Source: a virus
Lineage: Duplodnaviria > Caudoviricetes
DNA length: 28,023 nt
Strand: one strand, 5' to 3'
IMG/VR virus record: IMGVR_UViG_3300030095_006154
Span: 1-28,023 of that record
A model generated the notes under the pieces. It searched no databases. It saw only the letters and a program-made list of their open reading frames with translations, and was not told the DNA's origin. The position numbers and the translations under genes were made by a program. Below are positions 1 to 8,922 of the stretch, piece by piece. Positions within the stretch are counted from its first letter, which is position 1, and every line of letters begins with the position of its first letter.

Positions 1-2
1 TA

Positions 3-71
3 ACAAGAGCAAAAAAATCTTTACATATCATTGAATCTGAATCCACACGAGAATTTCAGGAGATATTTTAA
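3..71 (+). CDS. 3' end of SF1 (UvrD/Rep-like) helicase, partial
   Basis: Manual translation TRAKKSLHIIESESTREFQEIF*. TRAKxxL matches SF1 helicase motif VI. The stop overlaps the next ATG (TAATG, 69-73). Not in the ORF track. Confidence 0.7.
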   Translation, partial: TRAKKSLHIIESESTREFQEIF

Positions 72-337
72 TGATCTCTCAAAATATTTTAGAACTAGCA
101 AAAGAATTAATAGGTAAGGACCGTCAAGACGATTATGGCGATAAGCTTACTAATCACAAGAACATCGCTGCATTGTGGTCTATTTTCCTCCGCAAAAAGA
201 TAACTGCACATGATGTAGCGATGTGTATGGCTTTAGTTAAAGTGGCAAGACTAATGCATGCACATAAAACAGATAGCTATATAGACTTAGCGGCCTATGC
301 AGCTATTGCGGGAGAACTTAACGAAAGGGATAAGTGA
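71..337 (+). CDS. DUF6378-like phage protein
   Basis: Pattern R..DYGD...NH..IA.LWS...DVA.CM.LVKVARL...DSYIDLAAYAA is characteristic of this small family; coupled to both neighbours. Confidence 0.75.
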   Translation: MISQNILELAKELIGKDRQDDYGDKLTNHKNIAALWSIFLRKKITAHDVAMCMALVKVARLMHAHKTDSYIDLAAYAAIAGELNERDK

Positions 338-2202
338 GACAGCCATCTTTGTTTCAAGCACCTAGTGAGTGGATTCCTCCGGAAAACATTCCTAATCTTG
401 AAGCTGCAACAGAGATAGCTATTGATTTAGAAACTCATGATCCTGGTTTAAAAACAACAGGACCCGGATGGGCTGTTAAAAAAGGAAAAGTTATTGGTGT
501 AGCGTTGGCCGTGGAGGGTTGGCAAGGATACTTTCCTCTTGCACATCCTGGTGGTGGCAACTTTGATGAGAAAGTTTTTAAACGACAATTACAAAAGATA
601 TTAGATTTACCATGCGATAAAATATTTCACAATGCTATCTATGATGTGGGGTGGTTAAGTGCCATGGGCCTTGAAGTAAGCGGTCGTATTTGTGACACAA
701 TGATTGCTGCTCCTTTGATTGATGAGAATAGAAGAAATTATTCTTTAAAAGAAATAGCGCAAGAATATGTAGGGGAAACAAAATCAGAGGCTGGATTGTA
801 TGAAGCTGCAAAAGATTTTGGTGTAGATGCAAAAGCAGAAATGCATTTGCTACCGGCTATGTATGTAGGTCCTTATGCTGAACAAGATGCTGCTGTTACA
901 TTAAAGCTGTGGAATGCACTAAAGGTAGAATTAATTAGACAAGAATTAACATCGGTATTTAATTTAGAAACAGAACTTCTTCCTATTCTATTTCACATGA
1001 AAAGAAGAGGAGTGAGAGTGGATATAGAAAAAGCAGAAAGTCTTAAAGCAGAGTTTAAAGCAGGAGAGAAAAAGATATTAGAGAGTTTATATAAGAAGTG
1101 TGGGTTTGAGGTAGAGATTTTAGCACCATTATCTATTGCAAAAGCTTTTGATAAGTTAAAGATACCTTACAATCGTACACCTACAGGTCTTCCTAGTTTT
1201 GATAAGAACTTTTTATCCACTCATTCTCATCCCTTTGCTAAACAAATTGTTGAGGCAAGAGAAATAAACAAAGCATATACTACTTTTATTGATTCTATTT
1301 TAAAACATTCTCATAAAGGGCGTATTCATGCAGATGTAAATCAATTGAGATCAGAAACTGGGGGCACTATTTCTGGAAGATTAAGTATGCAAAACCCTAA
1401 CTTACAACAGATTCCTGCAAGAAACCCTAAAATCAGTCCTAAAATAAGATCATTATTTATTCCTGAAGAGGGGGAGAAGTGGGGAATCTTTGATTATTCA
1501 CAGCAAGAGCCACGTTTATTAGTTCATTATGGCGCTATAATAAGTGACCGAATAGAATTAGAAGGGGTAGCTCCTTTAGTAGATGGCTATACCAATCAAG
1601 ATATAGACTTTCATCAAGCTGTTGCAAACATGGCAAATATAGATCGTAAGCAGGCTAAAACAATTAACCTAGGAATGATGTACGGAATGGGTAAAGGTAA
1701 ACTGATGAGCGAATTAGGGCTAGATAAAGATGATATAGATACAGTCTTTAAACAATACCATTCAACCGTGCCTTTTGTAAAAGAATTAACAGATAAAACT
1801 ATGCGTAGGGCAGGAGAAAAAGGATACATTAGAACTATTCTAGGTCGTAAATGTCGGTTTCATTTATGGGAACCAAATTATTTTGGTGTTCATAAAGCAT
1901 TACCTAGAGAAGAGGCAGAAATAAAACATGGTGGAATGAATAAAATTAAACGTGCTTGGACATACAAAGCCTTGAATAGATTAATTCAAGGATCAGCAGC
2001 AGATCAAACTAAAATGGCTATGGTTAAATTGCATAGAGAAGGGTTCCTTCCCTTGATCCAGGTGCATGATGAATTAGACATGTCATTTTCTTCTGAAGAA
2101 GAAAAGAAAAAGATTATTGAAGTAATGGAACATGCAATTGAATTACGTGTGCCATCTAAAGTAGATGCAGAGATAGGTCCTTCATGGGGAGAGGCAAAAT
2201 AA
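334..2202 (+). CDS. polA: Family A DNA polymerase with 3'-5' exonuclease, no 5'-3' exonuclease
   Basis: Exo I DLET, Exo II FHNAIYD, Exo III YAEQD; TISGRLS..NPNLQQIP; motif A DYSQQEPR; motif B RKQAKTINLGMMYG; motif C QVHDEL. GTG start overlaps the upstream stop. Confidence 0.96.
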   Translation: MRQPSLFQAPSEWIPPENIPNLEAATEIAIDLETHDPGLKTTGPGWAVKKGKVIGVALAVEGWQGYFPLAHPGGGNFDEKVFKRQLQKILDLPCDKIFHNAIYDVGWLSAMGLEVSGRICDTMIAAPLIDENRRNYSLKEIAQEYVGETKSEAGLYEAAKDFGVDAKAEMHLLPAMYVGPYAEQDAAVTLKLWNALKVELIRQELTSVFNLETELLPILFHMKRRGVRVDIEKAESLKAEFKAGEKKILESLYKKCGFEVEILAPLSIAKAFDKLKIPYNRTPTGLPSFDKNFLSTHSHPFAKQIVEAREINKAYTTFIDSILKHSHKGRIHADVNQLRSETGGTISGRLSMQNPNLQQIPARNPKISPKIRSLFIPEEGEKWGIFDYSQQEPRLLVHYGAIISDRIELEGVAPLVDGYTNQDIDFHQAVANMANIDRKQAKTINLGMMYGMGKGKLMSELGLDKDDIDTVFKQYHSTVPFVKELTDKTMRRAGEKGYIRTILGRKCRFHLWEPNYFGVHKALPREEAEIKHGGMNKIKRAWTYKALNRLIQGSAADQTKMAMVKLHREGFLPLIQVHDELDMSFSSEEEKKKIIEVMEHAIELRVPSKVDAEIGPSWGEAK

Positions 2203-2203
2203 T

Positions 2204-2641
2204 ATGGCATACGCAAGAAAAAGACAGGAAACATATGTTAATACTGCAAAGGGAAAAGAAGCTATTAATAGATCACGAAAAAAAGAACAGACAAAACTAC
2301 GATCTACACTTGAAGGTAGAATAACTCTTCGTTATCGCAAAGTTAAATGTGAATGGGGTAAAAGTGTGGCGGATTGGTGGCTTAAACAAGAACCTAAATG
2401 TGTGATGTGTGATAAAGATGTTTTATATAATAAAGCTCCAAGTAGAAAAAAGGGAAGAAGTAATCTAGCAGAATTAGTTATTGATCATGATCATAAATAT
2501 ACAAGAAAAGATTATCGAAACAATCCTGAACTTTTACCAAGAGGTTTAATATGTCAGCGACATAATTTAAGTTTAGGTATGGTTAAAGAAAATACAACAG
2601 AATTAAGGAGAATGATTGCATATCTTAAAAAAAATAAATAA
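2204..2641 (+). CDS. Endonuclease VII-like (His-Me finger) nuclease, possibly a free-standing homing endonuclease
   Basis: CVMC...LVIDHDH...RGLICQRHNLSLG matches the Endo VII pattern CxxC..DHDH..RGLLCxxCN..LG; basic N-terminal region. Confidence 0.8.
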   Translation: MAYARKRQETYVNTAKGKEAINRSRKKEQTKLRSTLEGRITLRYRKVKCEWGKSVADWWLKQEPKCVMCDKDVLYNKAPSRKKGRSNLAELVIDHDHKYTRKDYRNNPELLPRGLICQRHNLSLGMVKENTTELRRMIAYLKKNK

Positions 2642-2650
2642 GTTCAGGAT

Positions 2651-3199
2651 ATGAAATCTTTATGCTTAACATTATTTTTATTATGTAATACGACATTAAA
2701 TAATTTTAATTTTACTTATTCTACACAAGAAGAATTTGTAGGAGGTATTATTGAATGTACGCAGTTAACAAATAGTTATCTTCCTCCACCTTCACGATCT
2801 ATTATAATTATTAGTGTTGCTCAAGCAGCTCTTGAATCTGATTGGGGTAATTCTCGTTTTGCTAAAGAAGGAAATAATTTTTATGGAATAATAGAAACCG
2901 ATCCTACTTCAAAACATTTAAAAGCTTTAGGTGATCCTAGTATTATGATTCGTGTGTATGAACGTAGATGCGAATCAGTTGCTGATTATATTCAACTTTT
3001 AAATAGACATCATCTTTTTAAAGATTATCAAGATTTAAGAATGAAACAATACATAAGTGAAGAAATGGATGTTATTGCATTAATAGAAACTCTTGAGGGA
3101 TATGCTGTAGATCCTAATTATATTCCTAAATTAAAAGCAACAATAGGATACCTATTAAGAGAATATCCAAACTTGTTTAATGTATCAATTAATACTTAA
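2651..3199 (+). CDS. GH73 glucosaminidase-like (Bax/FlgJ-like) peptidoglycan hydrolase, putative endolysin
   Basis: AQAALESDWGNSRFAKEGNNFYGI catalytic-Glu region and YAVDPNY (YATDPxY-like) motif; short hydrophobic N-terminus. Confidence 0.85.
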   Translation: MKSLCLTLFLLCNTTLNNFNFTYSTQEEFVGGIIECTQLTNSYLPPPSRSIIIISVAQAALESDWGNSRFAKEGNNFYGIIETDPTSKHLKALGDPSIMIRVYERRCESVADYIQLLNRHHLFKDYQDLRMKQYISEEMDVIALIETLEGYAVDPNYIPKLKATIGYLLREYPNLFNVSINT

Positions 3200-3391
3200 A
3201 ATTTTATCTAACTTTTGATTTATTTCTTTTACTTGTATTTCAATAACCGAGAGCCGTGAGTCAATACGCAACATATCTAAATCTTTTATCTTTGATTCAA
3301 GGGCCGTGACTCGTGATGAAAGCATCCCGTTCGTGAAAGCTATGCCACCTACTATGCAGCCTACCCATATCCAATCACGCATCGTTAACAT
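3185..3391 (-). CDS. Small membrane-anchored coiled-coil protein
   Basis: One hydrophobic segment (WIWVGCIVGGIAFTNGML) followed by a heptad-like stretch; last gene of the - strand run. Confidence 0.65.
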   Translation of the reverse strand: MLTMRDWIWVGCIVGGIAFTNGMLSSRVTALESKIKDLDMLRIDSRLSVIEIQVKEINQKLDKILSIN

Positions 3392-3400
3392 TATTTATTA

Positions 3401-4741
3401 TTATTTAAGTGTTTGATAATAACTTGCTAAAGCTTCATCTACTAAAGGACTGGATGATATTCTTGGATTAGGAAAATAATTAGTTCCTGATTGTAAAAGA
3501 CCTTGATCATATAATTGACTAATAATATTTGGATCTAAATTATATCCAGCTCCTTGCAAAGCCATACTTGTTCTTTCATCTTGTATACTTTTTGAAGTTC
3601 CATCAGGCATGCTATCAGCAGCAACTAAATCTGAAAGAGTTGTAGCTGTGTTAGCACCAAATGGAAGACCTTCAGGAACGGCTATTTGATCACTATAAAA
3701 TTTAGTAGGTATACTTGCCGAGCCTGTATTAGGATCAAATGGAAAATCACTAGGAACGGCTACTTCATTAGTAGGGAGTAGCCTATTAGGAGTAAATGGA
3801 AGACCTGGAGGAACAGCTCTTTCATTAGGTATCTTTCCTGGAAATTTATTAGGAGTAAATGGAAGACCATCAGGAACAGCTCCTACCGAGTCGTCCTCAC
3901 CAAACTCTACAGATATTAATGGAAGAGGTACCTCACCCTCATCACCAAACTGTGGTTGTCTGTCCGATAAAGTCATGTCAAGTCCATCTAAAGGAGCTTG
4001 TCTATTTGATCTTGTTCTTACAGCCACGGGATCTAATGGATACGCTTCTCCCGGCATCATGTTAGAAGAATAAGGAATTTTTTTCTTATTCATTCCAAAA
4101 AATTCTTTAGCTAAACGCACTCCAGGTAATCCTGCTTGTAGTTGACTAGCGACAGGATACATTTCTGAATAGGCTTCTGGGTATTCGTTTTGTATTTGTC
4201 TTGTTGGATCCAGAAAATCCATATCCATTGTTTCTTGAAACACATCTAAACCTGGACCCGTAAGCATAGGGCTACCATCACTTGTTCTCATAATTTTTCC
4301 GTCGGCAGTTCTAAGAACTCCTCCAGCGTCTTTAGCTCTTTCGTACCCTAATTTTTTAACAAACTTTTTTTGTCTCGAGCGAAGATCTTTAACTTTATCT
4401 GTGTCTCCTTTTTGTAGGGCTGTATTAATTCGTCTATCAAGACTACCTACACTTTGTTGTAAACTACTTTGATTGGTTCCTTTAGAAGCGGTTCTTGCTG
4501 CAGCATCTCTACCTGTAAGATATTGAGGTTGTGATTTTTTTCTTTGACCACTAGCTCTAGCTGCCGCTATACCTCTATTACTATCAGCTTGTTGGCGTCT
4601 TTCAGCAACTCGTTTATTAACTCTTTGTTGACGTTTAAGTTTAGACCTTCTACCACCAGCACCTCGGTTGGGTCTGTTTGGCCTACTTCTTTTAGGTCTA
4701 CTTGGCCTTTTATTTTTAGTTCTTTTTCCCGGTGGCGGCAT
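3401..4741 (-). CDS. Putative internal virion protein with Arg/Lys-rich N-terminus and Pro-rich repeats
   Basis: 446 aa ORF coupled (TAATG) to the 1393 aa gene; composition seen directly; function inferred from position. Confidence 0.6.
   Translation of the reverse strand: MPPPGKRTKNKRPSRPKRSRPNRPNRGAGGRRSKLKRQQRVNKRVAERRQQADSNRGIAAARASGQRKKSQPQYLTGRDAAARTASKGTNQSSLQQSVGSLDRRINTALQKGDTDKVKDLRSRQKKFVKKLGYERAKDAGGVLRTADGKIMRTSDGSPMLTGPGLDVFQETMDMDFLDPTRQIQNEYPEAYSEMYPVASQLQAGLPGVRLAKEFFGMNKKKIPYSSNMMPGEAYPLDPVAVRTRSNRQAPLDGLDMTLSDRQPQFGDEGEVPLPLISVEFGEDDSVGAVPDGLPFTPNKFPGKIPNERAVPPGLPFTPNRLLPTNEVAVPSDFPFDPNTGSASIPTKFYSDQIAVPEGLPFGANTATTLSDLVAADSMPDGTSKSIQDERTSMALQGAGYNLDPNIISQLYDQGLLQSGTNYFPNPRISSSPLVDEALASYYQTLK
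3650..3880 (-). repeat. Four imperfect 33-bp coding repeats (AVPxGLPFxPN-like)
   Basis: Copies at about 3650-3682, 3728-3760, 3785-3817 and 3848-3880. The last two share the 22-mer TATTAGGAGTAAATGGAAGACC. Confidence 0.85.
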
Positions 4742-7700
4742 TATGTTCTCCTTGCTGCTATAGCCTCAGTTATATCAATATCTCCGCTTTTGGCAAGTTG
4801 AGATGCGTCGGAAGGCGATAAAACATTACCTGTGTTTTCAAATCTGTTAGGTGTTATATTAGGTATAATAGGTGTTTCAACTTGATTTGCTCCAAACAAA
4901 GGAACATTAGGTGCTTGTCTATATTTAGGTGAAGTCACATAAGGACTTCTATCTTTAATTATATTAATATCTTCTGTAAATAAATCTGCTGGAGATTCAA
5001 ATAAATTATCACGAAATAGTCCTCTATATATAGTATCTGTTTGAAATTTAATTAAACGACTAGGATCAGGATTTCCTCTTTGTAAAGCATTTTGTCTTAC
5101 TTTATCATAAATAAAACTAGATACTTTAATTGGTGTAAATCTATTCATTAAAATATTATTTCTTTCAGCATCGGAATATCTTTCTCCAATAATTTGTCTT
5201 ACTTTTCTACGACTTAAACCTAATTTTTCTGCAGCTCTAATTCTTTTATAAAGTAATTGATCGTTTCTAAACTTAGCTTGATTTGCTTGGCGGTAAGCTT
5301 CAATAATTTCTTCGGGAGTAGAATTTGGTTTATAAGCAACGCTAGTAAATAATTTTTTAGAGTTAGCTACACCTTTTTTATTTTCTGCAATTTTAAATTG
5401 TATGCCGTCTTCAATAAATGGATCTTGTATTCTAAATCCAAGCAACCCTGTTGCTTCATTTAAAAATTTATATCCTCTATTGTATTGATCTACTTTTCCA
5501 AAACCTGAAAGATATAATCTTTCGAATTGTTTAATGGAACCTGGTGAACCTGTACTTATTAAAGCTCCAAGAGTATTACTTACTTTAGTTCCGAAGCTAT
5601 CTTCAGGATTCCATATACGTCTTCCTTCTCTAGTTTCTCCGCCTCTCATTAATACATCACCAAAGAAACTTGTAATGATTGATTCTTCAACAAATGGCGA
5701 AGCAAATTCTTGCGCTGCTTCCCATACGGACTCATTAAAACTAGAAATAATTTCTTCATCGCTTTTTCTACTAGCACTAAATGCATTCATTGCTGCATTA
5801 AGAGGTCTTGTTAATACATCGTAAGCGTTAGTGTGAGAAAAATCTATATAAAATAATTGATTGTTTTGTTTAATAGGAATTATTGTAGAATTTTTTGACC
5901 ACTCAGGAAGGTATTCTTTTAAAGCATTAAGTTTTTCATTTGAAACTCCTGATACTGCTTGTGCTCCTGCTTCTAATCCTTTTCCTAAAGCTAAACCAAA
6001 AGTGGCTACGCCTGCTAATCTTTTTAAACCCGCTGCTCTAAGCAAAGGATCTTGAACTTCGTCTAATCCTTGTTTCAAAGTATTAAATCCAGTACGCATA
6101 ATTTCTAATGGGAAAGATACAAAGTTTCCTACGGGTGCCCTTCGTATAGTTTGTCCAAATGCTCCAACATAATCATAGTTAGGAATATTATTTTTTACTG
6201 TATCAGCAGCTTTTCTTTTAATAAACTCATCAAAAGCCCCCGGTGCTTTTAAATCATCTACACCTAATCTTTTAGCTTCCTTAGCATATTTACTTAATCC
6301 TCTAGTGCCGTCAGCATTTCTTACGTAAATAAAATCATCTGGGTTTTTTGCAAATGCTTTTCCAAATGCATCTTGAAATTTTCTATGTTCAGAAAAATAA
6401 TTTTGTATTTTATAAAGGTCATCTTCCGTTTGATAAGCTAATCTTGCTGCGCCACGAAGTTTAGTTAATCCAGTTTTATCACCCCATCCACGAAGTAGAG
6501 TATAAACTTTTCCTTGCTCACTTAAATTTTGCATACCCATACTTATCTCGTCCATTGTTTTTGCCAAGTCCCCTAGTCTAGCACTTGTATTGACAACACC
6601 TAATCGTTGAAGTTCCATATACTCATTTTTAAATTTATCGTATGCTTCATCTGATTTAAATAATCGTCTACCCATAGTTGTTTCTAATTGGTTTTTTGAA
6701 ACAGCAGTTGTCATTTTCCATGCATCTTTAAAATCTTTTATAAATCTAGAAGGGTTAGTAAAAAAATTACCATTCATTCCTGTAAAAGATGCAGCACTAA
6801 TTAAGTTACGGGCATGAGTAATAGGAGACAATGTAGTTTTTGCTTCTTGAGTTAAAGCTTTAGGCGTTAAAAAAAATACATTGTATAAATTACTTAATGC
6901 GTCAGCATTATGTCGTGTGTTTACAATTTTCTCTAAAGCTGTAGCAATTTCTGGAGTAGTATATAAATCTTTTAAAACACTATCAGAATTAATTAGTGTA
7001 TTAAATTCTAAACCTCCTTGTCCTTTTCCCCCTAGTATAGGAGTGGCTCCTCCTCCTGGTTTAAGTTCGGGTGGTGCTCTAAAGAAAAATGGACTATCTT
7101 TAATAGCTTCAAAAAATTTATGGTCTTCTATATAAGTAGCAATCTTTGCTGCTGATTCATGAAACTGCATCGTTGGATCTTTTATTTCTCCAAGTAATTC
7201 TCTAATAGGTCCTTTAATATCTCCCCTTACTTTTGAAATAGCACTGTCATAATCTGCAAACCTTACGAAAGCATCGCCAAGATTTGCTTCTTCTGTAGTT
7301 CTTAATATTTGTTGTAGTTCTCTTTCAACCAGTTCATCACTCATTTCTTTATTTTGACTTTTAATAAAATCCCTTGCTCGTTGTTTAATGGCTCTACCTT
7401 CTTCGGAATTATCTAAAAAATTTTTCCATTGTCCTCTTTGTGCTTTGGTTCCATAATGTCTATAACTTCGTGTAAGATATTCTCCTACATTAGCAGCAAC
7501 TATGCTTTGAAATTCTGTTCCTTTTTTTCCTTTAAAAGTTATACCCGGCATTTCTGATAAGTTTCTACTCATATCATCAATAGTAGTTCTAACTTTCATA
7601 ATAGGAGCCAATAATTTTTCATCTATAGGTACAAATTTTTTTCCTTCTGCTGCTGCTTTTTTTGCACCTTCTTTATTAAACTCTCTAAGTCTTTGAAGTA

Positions 7701-8922
7701 AATCATCTGGACCTATGGTATCAACTTTCTTTGCGGAAATTCTTGACTCATCACTTCGTTTAACAGCTCCTGTTAAAAAGTCATAAATACTTTCCATTAT
7801 TCTTTCACGTTGTCTCATACCTACTTGATCTAATTTTTTCATAGTTGGATCAACGACGTCTTGAACTGCTTTTTCTAATTTTAAACTATTACCTCTTACC
7901 TTTTCAGTAATACTTCTAAGAGCATTAATTTTATCTCTGTACTTTAAAAAAACTTTTTCTGGAAGTCTTCCTCGTGCACGAAAAGGTGCGAGTACATTGT
8001 TATCTATCCATCGTAAGATATTATTTTGATTAAATTGCCATCCCTCGTTTACTGTTCTTGTAACATCTGTAACAGGTCTTCCTGCTTCATCTCCTACTTT
8101 TGAATATGTAACAAGGTTTTCGTTATACTTTAAATCTCCCATCATATTTTTTAATCCAGGAAGTGTCCCTTTAAATAATCTTTTTCCTACAGGAAAAATA
8201 ACTCGGTCAAATAAAGTAAATCCTAATGCTCCCTCTACACCAAATTTAAATCTATTTTTTAAACGACGCCATGCTTCGAGTCTACCTGTTTCCCCTTCGT
8301 CTTTGGTAAGTTGTGTAGGTCCTCCTACAAGATCACCAAGACTTCCCATGTCATCTGTAAGAACAGCTCCTTCGGCAGCACCTGCAATTAATGCTCTAGT
8401 TAAGTTAGGATTTCGTGTTACAAAAGTAGACGGACCTTTTATTGTTCCTTCTAAAATTCCTAATTTCTTAGCTTTAATAATACTATTGGCTACCTTTAAA
8501 CCTACGCCACCTGGCACACCAAATTGAGTTAATACGGATGTAAGAGTACCTGTCCAACTATCTTCAGCTTGTTCTTCTAAAAAATTTAATACTTTACTTT
8601 CATCAAAACCTTTTTGAACTTTTCGTGTAAGATCAGTTCCTAATCCTGCATCAAGTAAAATAGTTCCTAGAGTTGTTACACCCTCAACAGTTTTTACTGC
8701 ACCTTCGGCCACACCAAATATTGCGGATTTAACAGGATCAATTATAAATTTTTCAATTACTCCCTCTTCTTCTTCTTCTTTTGGATTTCTTCTTGTAGAA
8801 TTAAATAAGCCTGCTTTTTTTTCTTTTGGATTTCCAAATCTATCTACTTCAACAGTTTCAGAAGATATAAGTTTATTTCCTGAATCTATTGGAGTTCCAA
8901 ATCTATCTGCCTTTACGACCAT
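4741..8922 (-). CDS. Large internal virion/DNA ejection protein
   Basis: 1393 aa, helical-type composition, hydrophobic Gly/Ala segments near the N-terminus. Largest gene in a coupled run typical of podovirus ejection proteins; no catalytic motif recognised. Confidence 0.7.
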   Translation of the reverse strand: MVVKADRFGTPIDSGNKLISSETVEVDRFGNPKEKKAGLFNSTRRNPKEEEEEGVIEKFIIDPVKSAIFGVAEGAVKTVEGVTTLGTILLDAGLGTDLTRKVQKGFDESKVLNFLEEQAEDSWTGTLTSVLTQFGVPGGVGLKVANSIIKAKKLGILEGTIKGPSTFVTRNPNLTRALIAGAAEGAVLTDDMGSLGDLVGGPTQLTKDEGETGRLEAWRRLKNRFKFGVEGALGFTLFDRVIFPVGKRLFKGTLPGLKNMMGDLKYNENLVTYSKVGDEAGRPVTDVTRTVNEGWQFNQNNILRWIDNNVLAPFRARGRLPEKVFLKYRDKINALRSITEKVRGNSLKLEKAVQDVVDPTMKKLDQVGMRQRERIMESIYDFLTGAVKRSDESRISAKKVDTIGPDDLLQRLREFNKEGAKKAAAEGKKFVPIDEKLLAPIMKVRTTIDDMSRNLSEMPGITFKGKKGTEFQSIVAANVGEYLTRSYRHYGTKAQRGQWKNFLDNSEEGRAIKQRARDFIKSQNKEMSDELVERELQQILRTTEEANLGDAFVRFADYDSAISKVRGDIKGPIRELLGEIKDPTMQFHESAAKIATYIEDHKFFEAIKDSPFFFRAPPELKPGGGATPILGGKGQGGLEFNTLINSDSVLKDLYTTPEIATALEKIVNTRHNADALSNLYNVFFLTPKALTQEAKTTLSPITHARNLISAASFTGMNGNFFTNPSRFIKDFKDAWKMTTAVSKNQLETTMGRRLFKSDEAYDKFKNEYMELQRLGVVNTSARLGDLAKTMDEISMGMQNLSEQGKVYTLLRGWGDKTGLTKLRGAARLAYQTEDDLYKIQNYFSEHRKFQDAFGKAFAKNPDDFIYVRNADGTRGLSKYAKEAKRLGVDDLKAPGAFDEFIKRKAADTVKNNIPNYDYVGAFGQTIRRAPVGNFVSFPLEIMRTGFNTLKQGLDEVQDPLLRAAGLKRLAGVATFGLALGKGLEAGAQAVSGVSNEKLNALKEYLPEWSKNSTIIPIKQNNQLFYIDFSHTNAYDVLTRPLNAAMNAFSASRKSDEEIISSFNESVWEAAQEFASPFVEESIITSFFGDVLMRGGETREGRRIWNPEDSFGTKVSNTLGALISTGSPGSIKQFERLYLSGFGKVDQYNRGYKFLNEATGLLGFRIQDPFIEDGIQFKIAENKKGVANSKKLFTSVAYKPNSTPEEIIEAYRQANQAKFRNDQLLYKRIRAAEKLGLSRRKVRQIIGERYSDAERNNILMNRFTPIKVSSFIYDKVRQNALQRGNPDPSRLIKFQTDTIYRGLFRDNLFESPADLFTEDINIIKDRSPYVTSPKYRQAPNVPLFGANQVETPIIPNITPNRFENTGNVLSPSDASQLAKSGDIDITEAIAARRT

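Noticed and set aside
635-2234. Short - strand ORFs inside polA (635-832, 1614-1829, 2004-2234)
   Set aside because: Antisense shadows of a clearly functional gene, with no motifs.
3650-3880. Repeats as a mini CRISPR array or DGR template/variable pair
   Set aside because: In-frame degenerate coding repeats; differences are not adenine-specific; no cas or reverse transcriptase gene in the window.
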